From: Lama glama
Lineage: Eukaryota
Length of the DNA: 64,000 nt
Direction: 5' to 3'
NCBI GenBank assembly: GCA_028534125.1
Contig: CM052816.1
Location: forward strand, 46,006,001-46,070,000
Below, piece by piece: positions 40,050 through 53,659 of the stretch (position 1 is its first letter; each line of letters begins with the position of its first letter). Position numbers and translations under genes: made by a program. The notes below the pieces were generated by a model. It worked only from the letters and a program-made list of their open reading frames with translations. It was not told the DNA's origin and did no database searches.

Positions 40050-40190
40050 GGATAAACATACATCTACACATGCACTCATACATTTATACATAAATATATA
40101 TGCATAGAAGATACATATCTATGCACATATATGTAACTGAGTATACACACATATCCATATATATATACATATATGGATAAAATGGAACAT
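40050..40190. repeat. (TA/CA)-rich low-complexity tract
   Basis: read directly. Confidence 0.8.
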
Positions 40191-40409
40191 AAATAAAATA
40201 GAAAAGAAATGTAAAAACTGCCTTCTGAAACTTAGAGTTTAATTGAGGATACAAGATGTATATACAGAATAATTGCATTACAGCACTTTAATCTCCCATT
40301 TGTTATTCAACTCACTTTAATTTGAGTCCTGCAATACAAGTCATTGAACAGCTCTGTCTGCATTTGTAGTCAAATATAACATAGTTTTTAAAGTTCTTTT
40401 TAGAACTTT

Positions 40410-41540
40410 CAGCATTGCAACATTTAACTGATCTGCACCATTTGACCTCTCCCTGCATTTTGAAACTTTCCTGGCACTCAATTCTCCCATCTCTCCTGAA
40501 TTTCCTTCTCTCTGGGCATTCTTACTCTTCTCCATGGCCTTTTCCCCTTTGTTGGTCTGTTAAAAGGTGAAGCTCTCCAGTAATCTACTCCTGTAACTCT
40601 TCATCCACTGGATGTTTTCTCTGGTACCCTTGGCTTTATCATCAAATAGATGTTGATGATTCTAAATCCAGCCTAAACCTTGATCCTAAACTCAGACATT
40701 TATATATAACCACCTACCATAGATATCCAACTAAGCTATCTTATACCACTTCAAGATCATCATGTCCACATTGAATTTATAATTTTCCTACCACCTTCAA
40801 TAAACCTGATCCTCTTGTACTCTTCCCTCTCTTGGTTGGTGACATTCCCATCGTCTCAGAAACCAGAAGCCTGAATCATACCTAACTCTACCTACTATCC
40901 TGTCATCCCTTATAATGAATCCCCATGAAATCCTGTCAATAATAACTCCCTAATAAATTTTCAATTGTATCTGTTTTCTTGACCAGGACCTCTTATTTTC
41001 TAGTCTGGTTTTTCTAACAGCCTTCTAAGTGATCTTTCTCTTTTCAAAGTTTTCAACAAATAATTCCTAGATAAATGAGTCCAAAATATGTCTGATTTTA
41101 TTCCTCCTTTTGAAAGTCCTTCAGTTTCTTCTAACCACAGGTAGCTAAAGCCCTAAATTCCTGAGCATGGCATAAGAAGCTTTTTTTAACCTGCCTTCTG
41201 CCCACTTATCCAGCCCCATATCACTACCCTCCCTTTTACTTCATTTACGGTGACTCTGGATGCCTTTGGGACCTGGCTCAGGTGTCATTTGCTTTGGGGA
41301 AGTTCTCTTCACGTTCTTCCTAAATGCTCTCATGGTACCCAAGAGTTGCCTCTCCCACTGTGCTTGAGTTCATTGCATTGTACTAATTGGTTTTTCTTGT
41401 TTATCTTTCTCACTGTACTTGGGAGCTCTTGGAAGGCAAAGAACATTTCTCATTTGTCTTTGTGTCATTGATAGGGAGTAAAATGTCTGGTATATAACAA
41501 ATGTCCAGTGTACAAGAAATGTTTTGATAATGATTGAATT
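40410..41540 (+). mobile_element. L2 LINE, about 1.1 kb 3' portion
   Basis: 'gatgttgatgattctaaatccagcctaaacct', 'cctctcttggttggtgacattcccatc', 'cctgagcatggcataagaagc', 'gggagctcttggaaggcaaagaac', 3' end 'aaatgttttgataatgattgaat'. Confidence 0.8.
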
Positions 41541-41559
41541 TGAGGCTATATGGTACTAA

Positions 41560-42092
41560 ATCTGTTAAGGATTACAGTTGAGTAAGGGAAATTAAATTTT
41601 CTTTTTCCTACCCCCAACAAAACTCCAGTGGATTAGACTAATGATTGTTTTATTTCTCTTTCATGTGAAAAAAAAATCCATAGGTAGTTGTTAAGAGCTG
41701 GTATGGCAGCCCCACAATGATCAGAGTTGGGATCTTCAGTCTTTCCCCTCAGTGAGTAGCACATGGTTTTTATATTCAAAGGAATTTCATGATCCAGGAT
41801 GAATGTGGGATTTCCAGCCTCCGTATCTCCATTCTGGACAGAAAGAAAGAGGAAGTGGGGAGAGGGCAAAACAGAGTTATGCCCACCTGAATGAAGCCCC
41901 TTTTAAGAACGTCCCTGAAAAAGCCTTCCTCTAGTCCCTATTCTTACTTCTCATTGGTTGCCACCATCTGCAAGGCAGGATAGGAAACATGATTCTTTGG
42001 GCAGGCATGTTTCCAGTTGGAATAAAATTAGTATCTGTTAGTATAGAAAGAGGAAAAAGTCTATTTTTAGTAGACAAATTTTCATATTGCAC
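41560..42092 (-). mobile_element. MLT1J/K-like solo LTR
   Basis: 'cagtggattagac...tttatttctctttcatgtgaa...ggtagttgttaagagctggtatggcagcccc', 'ttcttacttctcattgg', ends '...ttgcaca'. Confidence 0.75.
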
Positions 42093-43149
42093 AAGTGCCA
42101 AAATAAATTGTTCTAATGATCAATTCTGTAATAATTGAAAATAATCTAATATTGAAGTGTCCTTGCAAAAAGGAGGATGGGAATGTTTGTAAATGAGCTC
42201 TGAGAGGTAGTAAGATTGGAGTAAGCTTAAATGCAGAATGTTATTTCAGAACAGGAGAACGCTATGAATAAAATTTAGAATTAAAGATTGAGGTTGGTAA
42301 GTTTGGAATATTTGTTGTTTGCTATTGGCCTTTACCAGACGCTGAACTCCTTAAAGGGGAAACTATGTCCTAACGATTACAGTTCTCCAGTTTATAACAC
42401 GCCCCTGACACCTCGTAGATGCTCAGTCAGTGATGTTCTAGAACTGATGTTGTAGATGGGTTAGAGAACATGTTTGGAGAAATTTTTTGAACATACAGAA
42501 CAAGTTGAACTTAATTCCACACATGAGTGGAGGCACTGGAGAATTTTAAGAGGAATGACACAATGAAAATATTTCCAAGGGACCAATTTTATGATAAAGG
42601 TGCTGGAGAAGACCATGGGGAATTTTAGTTTAACTTGAAAAAATGAGGAATTTGAGGAATTTAAGTAGAGAGGAAGTGGTAGATAAGCAAAAACAAGGAA
42701 TGATTGAAGATATTCTTTGATAGTAATTGTTACCTTTGCCCCCTGATATTACCTTTTCCTTTTCCCTGCTTGATTTTTTTCTATATCAATTATCACCTTC
42801 TAATATACTATGTAATTTACTTTATTTTTAAAATAGTATGTCTTTTGTGGCAACAGGAAGTTTTGTGAACTGGCTTGTTGGATTTACAGTGTTGGTAGAA
42901 CATCCAAGTTAGAGAGAGAGACTGGGGATTGAGAAGTAAGTTCAGAGCTGGAGGTACAGATTTAAGAATTATAAGTACTGGGTTGTTTATTAAAGCTGTG
43001 AAGTAGGAGCAGCTATACAGAAAAGATAATGCACAGTGACAGAAGCGGAAGACAAAAGAATATGTAATAAAGAAAAGATTTCACATGATAGTGATCAAAG
43101 ATGTTTGCAACTGTAAAACATTCTTCTCAGGATATAATGCATCTTCAGT

Positions 43150-43269
43150 GAGCCTTCTTGTTAACAGCAGGCTGTCAGTAAAGTTTGTAGAGAGTCAGAT
43201 GTTATACAAGGATTTTCAACTCTGCCAGGATTGGCAACCCTAATCCCTGCATTTTTCAAGGGTCAACTG
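43150..43269. mobile_element. Tigger2-like (TcMar-Tigger) terminal fragment
   Basis: 'gagagtcagatgttatacaaggattttcaact...ccctaatccctgcatttttcaagggtcaactg' followed by TA target dinucleotide. Confidence 0.75.
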
Positions 43270-43424
43270 TATTACCTTGGTGAGGTGGATGGCAGCGATG
43301 AGGGGTTTCCTGGGCTGGTCCCACTCTGGTTGAAGCTTGTAGCAGTTTCGCTTTGGGTTAGTTTTCTCTCATATCCCGTAGGTCACAGTGTAACATAATG
43401 GCTCCAGATAAAACTCCATATGGG

Positions 43425-43445
43425 GTGTGTGTGTGTGTGTGTGTG
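43425..43445. repeat. (GT)n microsatellite
   Basis: read directly. Confidence 0.95.
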
Positions 43446-44066
43446 ATCTGTCAATCATATTTTCACTGATAAAACTTTATCATTTTCAAATTCAGTTGAA
43501 TTCTTTATGTGACGGGCATTACTAGTCCCTAGAAAGTCTGTTTCAACCTTGCAAAAATTAAATTTCTCATGTCGCTCTGGAATGCATGAAGAAATTGTAA
43601 AAAGCAATGCTGTGGACAAGACAAATTCAGAGGAAATGAGATGGCCAGATGACCACCATCCTAGGGACTACATCAGTGACATTTCTATGATAAGAAGGTT
43701 TTATGTCTTTTTTAAGCTAATAAAAGATCCCTGAGAAAAGATGTCTTTTAGATATGTTTAATTAAGGACCACATTTACTAACTAGCTATGGAGTTAGGAA
43801 GAGCAAGAAAAAGTGCAACACTAGGAAAAGAAAGGCCCAAATGATTTAAATACACAACAAATTCATGTCAACAAGTATTTATTGAGAATTTATTTTGTAG
43901 CAGTCTTGGTGAGTAAGACTGATGTGTCTTTAGGAAAGATTTGCACAATCAAAGCTTAGATGCAAAATCTTTAAGGCCATTTTGTTAGGAGTTTCTGGTC
44001 TCTTCAATGTGTTTTGTCCTTGAAAGAGAAACTAAGGTAGAGCGGTGTAGTGCTACCATGCTGTAG

Positions 44067-44184
44067 TTCTCCTTCTCCTTCCCCTTTCCCTTCTCCTTCC
44101 CCTTCTTCTTCTCCTCCTTCCCCTTCTCCTCCTTCTCCTCCTTCTCTTCTTCTTCTTCTTCTCCTCCTCCTCCTTCTTCTTCTT
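44067..44184 (+). repeat. pure polypyrimidine (CTT/CCT)n tract, 118 nt
   Basis: only C and T across the interval. Confidence 0.95.
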
Positions 44185-45563
44185 AATAACCTATGTTTTA
44201 CTAGTCTCGCTGAGTTTAGGCAAAAATCTTGGTATAATAATGCTGATTCTTAGGGAATAATAACTGTTTTAGTTATATTCTAAAGAGGGAAGGCTTTTGT
44301 GCTGTCATTTTGTTCTCAATAAGGATAAATGTTTAAGCTAAAAATTAAGCTAATAATGGATGCCCCAATGGCAGTTTACCTGTAAACTTTATTGATTTTG
44401 CCCAGTAGATCAGGTAACTTACTGTCTATAAATTATTCACACCTGATTAGAGTAAACTTGTGAATCTTCTTGGAATTTGAACTGAGTCATGTTAAAAATT
44501 ACATTAAATAAGAATCCCTCAGGTTGAGCTCAGGAAATTTACTTCTGCTATAAGTTTTGCAGTGAAGACATCTTAATTCTGTAATTCTAATTCCTAATTG
44601 TAGTATTTCATAAAGTAGACTTCTGAAAGTTAGAGATTGTAGTTATTACCCCTGGACATCTCTCTGTTTTTCCCTCCTAGACCTGGCACATTTTCCGATT
44701 TCTATTTAACAAAAGGTCACTCTGTCATCATCTGGTGAAGTAGCCTGGTGCAGAGATTCTGGATGCAAGTTCCAAGCAGAGTTTTATTTGCATTCTCACC
44801 TTTGTTTACATTCTGACCCTAGTTTTATTTGCAGAAATTATTTATGAAGCTCTTTTTCTCCTTCATGCTTGTGAAGCAGCTCTTGGGTCTGTAAGGCACA
44901 GAGTACTGTTCTCATCATGCATATATTTAGCACCCTAATCTCTGCAACCAGTTTTAGCTGCTTGTTATACTTTTCTTGACATTTGCTTGTATGGTTTTTG
45001 ACATCTGCTTGCAAACTCCTGCAGCCTTTTCAATCCTGATATTCACTTGTTTCATCTGATGTTGTTATCATTCTCCTTATATATGCAGATGTGTTGCTTT
45101 CCTTCAAGCCTTGTCCCTTCAGTCTTGCTAGAAAGCCTGTTCTGGAGACCCACCCCCATTGCTTGCTGATTTGTCTGTTTCTTTGCTTGTTTATTGTTAG
45201 ACTATTTTCTGCCTCATACCTCTAGCATCATACTCTTTGAAAACTAAATGCCTTCAATTGACTTTTTAATGCAATCTATTTGAAAGCATACATACACGAA
45301 TTGTGCAAAGAATAATACTTCAAAGAAGGTAGTATTTAACATCAGATTTTTCATTGACTCCAACAATATTCGTTGCAAAACTCTATTTCGCAAGAGCTCG
45401 AAAAGCCTCATGAAATGAACACTTGTCAGCAATGATTTTATAAACTTGAGTAATTAGCAACCTAAGGTGCTGTCTCATCACATGGCATCACTTTGTGTCA
45501 ACAATCATTCTTTCTGATCATCAAAGCTGAATTAATTGTTTATTTGCCTCTAATATCATGTAG

Positions 45564-45749
45564 ATCAATGACATTATCTGAGTGTTTGGTAATGAACCTG
45601 AGTATAGTGCAGTGCTTTCTTCGGATCTCTGAATATTTCAAAAGACAGAATCTTTTGTCTGTCTGGAAGTGTGCCACTCTTGTAATGCAATTTATATCTC
45701 TGGAAAAGTTGCCTGCAGGGATGCAAGCACACAGCACCCATGATTTCAG
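45564..45749 (+). other. candidate 186-nt frame-preserving exon (unverified)
   Basis: tttatttgcctctaatatcatgtag|ATCA...TTCAG|gtaagt; one open frame; repeat-free context. Confidence 0.25.
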
Positions 45750-48700
45750 GTAAGTTAAAACAGGTCTCAGACCCAGAAATGATCCCCCGTAGTGCCTCAG
45801 AGAGTCGTGAAAGTTTAGATCTAATGCTCTACATCTAATTTCTGAAACAAAAGCTCTCTTGCTTCCGTGTTCCAATTATCAGAAGACGTTTGGATAGTAG
45901 TTAATTGGTAAAAATCTGTCAGTGCTGAAGGTGAAGCAGTTAAGGAGCTCAGTATTCATCAATGCCGAATGTGCAATGTATCACACGTAATATTTAAGTC
46001 AGTAGCTTAACCTCCCTTATATATTTAATGCAAAATAACCCACCAATGCAGCATTTTGGAGTATTTAGGTAATTCTGTTTGGATTGAGTTTGAATGAGCT
46101 GTGACATATTTCTTCTAGTAACACTAATTAAAAAAAAACAACTGTGTACATGATATTGTCCCTATTCAGGTCACTAATAAAAATTGACACATGATATTTA
46201 AGTTTTATTTTTAAGGTTACCAGGCATTGGATTATAGGGGTGGTATGAATTATTGAGAGATTCAAAAAATTGTAAAAATCCATTATTAAAAATGTACTCT
46301 CCTATAACCATGATAAAATCTTTCATGATAAAATCAAGTTAAATAATATTTCTCTAATTTATCAGACTTTGGGCATTTTCTTTACTATTCTGGAGGAAGA
46401 AAATACAAACAAAAAAGCGTAATTTTCTGGGATAATTGATGCCTCCCTGGCTCTTTAAACGTTGAGCTAAGTACATGAGTTATTGAGGTGAAATAAGTTG
46501 CTTTCAACAGTTGTTAATATATCATTAATAATCATACATGCAATAAATAACAACACATGAGTTATTTCCTGAGAGATATATGACTGCAAATTGCAGTAAC
46601 AAATCACAGCGTGTGTAAAGAATGCTCATTACTCTAGTGTGTACAGAAGCTGTTTTAACAACTGTATTCTTTATGGTGAAGCTCACCCTAATTAGCCTTG
46701 CAGATTCCTTAGGGAATGTGTACAGCATGTTTGACATTGTGATGCTCGAGCTGAAGTGGGGGAGGAGGATATCATTTCTACACCAAGAAAGCACCAGGCC
46801 ACAAGCCTGGCTTTCTATTCAGTCACTTGTTTTAATGTATGCATTGTGGTGAAAGTAAATAGCCTGTTCAAACAAGTAGATAATAAGGGTGTTTGGAATT
46901 AAATGACTAATTAAATCAATATTAAACATGTAAGCTAGACGGCAATGTGAACTAACATTTTTTTCCTCTATGGTGCCCCTTCCAGTATAAAAGGTGTGTA
47001 AACCAACTGCGCATCTGTAAGTGCTTGAACACCAAGATTTGTAGCCACAAATGTAAGAACACACTTCCTAGTCTCTATTGTATTTGAAAGCTAAGTGGAC
47101 TATATCTTTTTTTAAATAAGAAAAGAGAAAAAAACAAGGTTTAAGAACACAAAAAAAGCAGCATATTTTTTTTTCCTTTCTATGAAACATTATATGCGGA
47201 TTCTGCTGCTCTGTTAGCTTATAGCTTGTTGCTAAATCAGACCTTTCCTGCAGTGAAAAAAATTGCATCTTTTCGTTGTAATTCTTGACAGCTTAAAGTT
47301 TAATGGAGGCAGTTTTTTTTTTTTAAGGTATATAATGGGTTGACACCATGGAAGGCTGCTGAGAGCTCACAAACTCAGAAATAGCATGAAATGCAATAAG
47401 AACAGGCTCTTGCTGATTTTTTTAAAATCATAATTTTTCTATTCTTGATAGAGAAAGCAAGTGAAGAAAATGGCTTTTTGTTTTCTTAAAGTAAGTTGTT
47501 TGTCTCATCCCAATCAAATGATTCTCTTCTACCCTGGAAAAGTTTCTGAGTGGGGATTTGTTCAAAAGGTAAGAGTAAGGTTATACAGCCATTAATAGAG
47601 AGAAAATAGGTATATGCCTGAAAGTAAGAGTAAGTTGAACACAAATTGCCAAGATGAAAACTCAGTGAAAGGGATAGATTTTACCTCTTTTGGAAAGAAG
47701 AGGGAGACAAGGGAGACCATCACTGGCTGACAGTATCACCCTGCTTGACATCCAGAGGTAATGCTCGGTTACATTTCAATTTACAGATTCCAGAACACCA
47801 TCTCCAGATAACACGTGTGCAAGAATGTGGCTGAGGAGGTTTTCGAGATTACACCTGTAGCAGGCTTTGAAACAGTCTTGACAGTTGGCACCAAGATTCC
47901 TCTTGGAGAGATAATACTTAGTTTTATCTTGGTTTGGTTCCTCTTGGTTTCAGATAATTCTCTGATAAATGCTCAGAATGGAAGGGTAGGTTAGGGTGAT
48001 AAGACAAACTTTAAGGGAATATGTTTGCTACAGATAAAGAAAAAAAAACAAGACTTGTAACTACTTTATTTACTAATGCATAGGAACATGAGGGGCTGAA
48101 AAAAGAGGGGATACAGAAAAGAAAGGAGAGAGGATAATTCAAAAATAGAGCATGGCACAAAGTTTTTCTTCTTTTGCAAAGTTGTGTACTATTTAATTTT
48201 AATTTCTTTGGAAGGTTACAATATAACGCCTGTTTCTCTACAGCATTCAGTAAAATTGAACATATACGTATTAAACAACAAGGAAGGGAGAAGTGGAAGT
48301 CTTCCCTGAATGAACTGAAATGGAGCAAAGAGGAGAAAACATCCATAGATATGATGGATAATAATAACGTAGGACATTTAGCAAGTGAGAACTAGAAGAG
48401 AAGTAGCTCTGGAAAGGAAGGCTTGAGAAGGTAGAAAAATACCTGCAGGAGAGCTGGAAGACATTTGTTTTCAACAGGCTGACTTTACACTTCCTTTGGA
48501 GACAAGTATTCGCTTTTATCTGAGAGTCTTATTTTGTATTATTATTCTACTATAGTTTCTGAGAACTTCCTCAGGATTCCATTAAGTTCAGTGCAAGTGT
48601 GATGCCCTGTGGGGTGGCAAAATTTATGATCATAGAAATATTAATAAGGTTCATTTTTTATGTTGGTGTTGAGAATAAAATGAAATGCTAGTTCTCAGGT

Positions 48701-49309
48701 TGAATGGTTTCTCTCCACAGAATAGTCCAGATTGTACTTCAATAAGCAGATTTAAAACACTTCATCGTGGAATTTTTTTAAAAACTAGATTGGAAAAAGC
48801 AAAGGGGAAACTCAAATTTACAATAGAAGGTAATCTGAATATATTATAATTTTCTAAGCATATACTCCCAATATTTTCAAAGACTTTTAACTGATTTATT
48901 TAATAAAACTTTATTGAGAACTTATTGTGAACCAAAAAGTAGTCTAAATACATAGTAGGTACTCATGGTTCTAGACTTTATCTAAAATTTGAATTTTCAA
49001 ATTTCAAGCATGTTTCTGTTATCCCCTTTTAAATTACCTATGATAAAGTCTGGATGTGTTAAAGTTTAAGTGTAACTTTGTACGTATTTTTTTTAAAATC
49101 AAGTAAATCAAGTAGATGTAAATCAAGTCCTAAACTACCTTTTGATTTAGGATTTATGCTCTTCAGTGCTTATCTGCATCAATGAATGCTGAAGTTGTGC
49201 ATTAAAAATATTGTTCAATATCTTTTAAAATGATCATGATTCTAAAAGAAACTTTGAAGGTACCCCATAGGACTTTAATTTATGATATACTAATATGGAC
49301 TAATAGAAC

Positions 49310-49860
49310 ACAAAAATGTACTGAGCACCTTCAGTGTTTAAAGTACTCTCTTAGCACTGAGAATGATAGAGTGTTGAAAAAGACAGAGACTTCTATCTTA
49401 AATAATTTATGGTCCAGTAGCAGAAGTCACTCACTCAAGTAGATTGTACTGTAAAGCAGGAAATAAGAAGTACTTCAAGGGAGTTAAGGGTACATCAGGC
49501 CAGGAAGATTATTTCCAATTCCTGTCTCCCTAGAATGGCCCTAGAGCCTGACAGATGCTGTGTGGATATAGAGAGATGTGTCCAAAAGGGCTTTAAAGAT
49601 GGCCAGAGCATGTGGAGTAAGGCAGCAGGTGAGAATCACGACACATCTACAGGAAAAAGTAGGTACATCATGAGGATGTTGAGCCCTTGATGAGAAGTGA
49701 TGGGCAAAATAATTAGGAAGGTGAGTCAAAGGATGAATGCTCAGCTGATAAATTTGGACTATGTTTAATAAGAAACGGAGGGTCCTTGCAAGTTCATGAG
49801 GAGAGTAATTCATGTTAAAAATATACTTTAGACAGATGAATTTCACAGTGGTATGTAGGA
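49310..49860 (-). mobile_element. L2 fragments
   Basis: 'aaatgtactgagcacct...cttagcactgagaatgatagagtg...aagacagagacttct' and 'tttggactatgtttaataagaaacggagg'. Confidence 0.55.
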
Positions 49861-51139
49861 AATTGAGATGAGGTGGTTTATTTATTTATTTAGGAAAGAT
49901 TTTTAGTGACATCACTTGTGGCACAGATTGCTCCCAATTTTGGGATAACCCATTTTTATGTGATTCTACACGCAGTCAAGAACCAACCAAATACCCATAG
50001 TCAACCAAATTTTTACAATTTTCCAAAACAACCCGTCTTTGGGGGGTCGGGGGATTGTTTTCCACTAGCATGATCAGAAGGCAAGCCCTTCTTTTAAAAC
50101 GTATTACTATTTAAAACATGTTTATTCAGAGATAATAAGGAATAATTAAAATAGAACACTAAAGCCAGCATTCTAAGGGTTGTCTAGGTGACAGTGATTA
50201 TGCTAAGCACGTTGTGTGAATTATCATATTTAATTTTCAAAACCACATCTGGAGTCATGTTATTATTCCTATTTTATGGATTTGGAATTCTAAGGCTTTG
50301 ATAAGAAAGTTGAGAAAGAGACCAGCTTACTGTAACATTTACCTCAAAATAGCACATTGGTAGAAATCCATAGGTGTGCATTGAATAGGGACTACTAATG
50401 AAATAATTGTTACAGAAAAGAATAATATAATGCTAGATATGGATAATACCTGTGATTAATTGAGCACTAGCTCTGCTAGTGAGATATTATCTCTGAACTG
50501 CTCAGTTAGACTTGAATACCCTTGTCTCATCTGCATTATGACCATGAATCAGTAACAGAGGGCTATTTTTCAGGGGGAAATGGACAAATGGGAGATAGAA
50601 TATTATGATGTGTGAACTCTAAAGAAGCCTTCTACTTGGTACTTTTTTAGTTACCATTTTAGTGTGTCCCATTTTGAGGACAAAAAAAAAAACAGATTAT
50701 AGAGAAACAGAGATGGTTTTGAGAGGAAGAACAAAGTAATAAGATGGCAGAAAATATTTCCAATGAGAAACAGCAAGACTGTGAGTCAGAATTAACATGT
50801 TCCAGTGCTGTTTTTATTACTTGTTGGCTGTGTGACTTTGGGGTACATTATTTATCTTCTTGGATCTCAATTTTGCATTTATAAAATAAGGGCACTGTTA
50901 AAAGTCTCAGAGTAAACATAGAAATTAGTGAAGGATGGGTATTACCCTAGGCATTATTGAGGTGGGAAGAGAATGTTTTCTGCTAAGAGAAAGATGTATG
51001 CAAAGAGATCAGAGGAAAGGGCAGACATGGAGCATTAGGGAACTTCAAGTACGTAATTTTTTAAGGCAGCAGAAAGTGGTGAATGCTGGAGAGTTTTGAG
51101 AAGTGAGAATGAAGAGTTAGCATTTAAGAAGAAACTAAG

Positions 51140-51350
51140 AGAAACTGTATATAATAGTAGTTAAGAGCGTGGGCTCAGGAACCGGATTATCTGGACTCAA
51201 ATTCTCCTTTACTGTTTATTTGTTGAATGATGTTGGGTAAGTTACTGAATGTCTCTTAGATTCCATTTCTTTATCTGTAAAATGGACACGATAATGGATC
51301 TACCTCTAGCACTTTTGTGAAGATTACATAAGTTAGTCCTGTTAAGAGGC
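51140..51350 (+). mobile_element. MIR SINE
   Basis: 'tagtagttaagagcgtgggctcaggaaccgg...tgggtaagttactgaatgtctc...tttctttatctgtaaaatggacacgataat...ttgtgaagattacataag'. Confidence 0.85.
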
Positions 51351-53659
51351 CATCGCTTGATTCTGAAAAAGCTGAATTTATTGCTTGGTAAGCAAAGGAA
51401 AATGGTTTTTTATAAAACATAATCTCTCTGAACAAACTATTATGGATTTCAGGAAGTTTGGAGTTCTAAGATTGACACACTTTCAGAAGCTGGAGTATCT
51501 AGCCATGAGAGGGTGGCCACTGCAGTGTGGTTCTTACTGCATGGATGATTCTAAGAAGCATGGTCACTAAAGTGAGGCTGTCACTGTTTGGGAGGGTCAC
51601 TGTTCAACTGGCTTTCAGAAGTGTGGATACTAATAGATTAGTATCTAATTTAAGTGCCTGATAGATTAGGACGAGCTCAAAATTGGTTCTAGTGTTTAGA
51701 ACTACTATGACTAAAGAACAATTAGCTTTTTGCATTCTTGAATGTAGAACATTGGATCATCATTTTATTCTCAATTTATTTTAATAGAGTAGTACCTCTG
51801 CATAATGGGTTATATTATTATTACTATTTCTATTTATTATTTGACTGAATTGAGAACTTCATTTTTTCTGTAATCATAAAAAGGATTGTTGCTTTTTTCC
51901 CTGAAAGCAATGGAGGTTATCTACTAATGGATTTTTGCAGTGAAATTACATGAGAAGTTTTAAAAAAAAAAAAAAAAAACAAAAGCATCTCTAGCAGTAT
52001 GGAAGTCAATGAGAATATACATCTATGTGTAAAAAAAATACTTTTTATATACTGTATTTTATTTGTCTGGGTTTATGTGTGTCACGATTGTTGATGTATT
52101 TTCAATTGAGTCATAGTGGTAAAAAATGAAGAAAAGGAGAAGAAATAAAAGTTGCTTTATATATAGAATTGTGGCATAAACAACTCCCTCACCAATTTTT
52201 ACCAAGAAAAATAACTCACTTTGCAACTTCCAAGGGGTTTTCACATTAAGGGGATAAAAGAGAAATCAACTAATGCTCTAGTTTAAATTAAATGAAAATT
52301 CATTATACAAATTATTGCTGAATTTGAAACAGGTGTTCCCTTCCTACTTAGGAAGATAAGAAGTAAGAAAACTGCCACAAATTTGTTACTGATTTAAAGT
52401 GTCTTAAAATGAAGAAAAAGTTAATTCTCAGTGCTTTACTTCTAAGTTTTCCTCTGAGGAAGTCCTCTTTAACAAAGAGAATTTATGGAATATCAGAAAA
52501 AAATAACCAGGAAAGAGATGTGTTGTTTATAATATTTTGGCCTGCAAGTATGGTTGGCCAAATAATCAGGGAATTGTGATGCTACTGGTTCCAAAAGAAA
52601 ATTGTGATTTATTAGTTGGTGCCACTCAACTAATGGTGTCCTTAGTGTCTGTGGGATTTTGGAAATGCCCAATTCCACCCCTAAAAGGAACAGAGAGATT
52701 AAAAATGCAAGACAGCTGCGGGAAGGCTTCTCAGAGGGCTCTCATTCTCCTGCCTAAAAAAGGAAGCACAGAAAAAAAAATTTTTTACATGAATCTGTTG
52801 GTAGGAATCTGTCTTCATAAAACTCAGCTGTTTTCATGTTAACTGTAAGAACGTCCATGAGGTTTGAATAAAAGCAGGCATTCCTCTTTCATACTGATCA
52901 CACTTAGGAGAGTTTCAAGGGATAAACAGGTTCTTAAAAACCTCAATCTGACCACTCATAATAACACAGTTTGAGGTAAAATTCTCTGCAGAAAGTATCA
53001 CTAACATATTACTTTCCTGTCTTGCAGCATTCCACTTCTGTAGGCATAATGTTGCAGGATATTTCTGATGTTCTCATGATAGAGTGAGGAAAGGCTGATC
53101 TGAGTAGAAGCAGTGCATGAAAGTGGAGCATACTTAAAGAACAACCCTGAATACAATAAATAATGCTGGATCCAGTAAATCAAGTTTTCAAAATCAAATA
53201 AATTCTGTAGTTGCTACACAATTTGTACTTCCCATCCACAAATCAAGCTTGTTTAAATATATGTGCCTTCTAAGCCCACCTTTTGTATTTCCCAACATAA
53301 GGCAACCATGTCTCAGCTGTCTGCCAGAGAAAGTAAAATTTAAAACAAATGAATGGAGAATTGGTGATTGGGTATAATTTTATATTGAAACATGACACAG
53401 TTTGGGCAAACACTCTACCTTTAAAATAGCAACTTATTCCTGTAATCTCCATGAGTGAGAACAAACAGTATTGAAAATAAGAAAGGATGGGTGCTTCATT
53501 TTGAATCCACCATAACCAATACCTTTGGATAGGATCTCAGATACATCCATCATAACCAAAATTCCAACTTAGAGGGTGGGTAATTTTAACATCAGATATG
53601 TGCATTATACAGTGAACATTTCACAAATATTATGGAAGAGTAGCATCAGAGTAGGCAAG

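Noticed and set aside
44050..44253. Pro/Ser-rich plus poly-Leu 'signal peptide-like' ORF
   Set aside because: It is just the translation of the (CCT/CTT)n tract.
47782..47860. Acceptor-like 'tttcaatttacag' followed by coding-looking sequence
   Set aside because: Stops occur in all three frames and there is no convincing donor nearby.
46309..49128. Small local duplications CATGATAAAATC x2 (46309-46335) and AAATCAAGT x3 (about 49096-49128)
   Set aside because: Ordinary slippage-type micro-duplications with no further structure.
4315..52115. Scattered AP-1 sites TGA(G/C)TCA (e.g. about 4318, 13242, 21023, 44483, 52107)
   Set aside because: A 7-mer is expected several times by chance in 64 kb, and they are not clustered.
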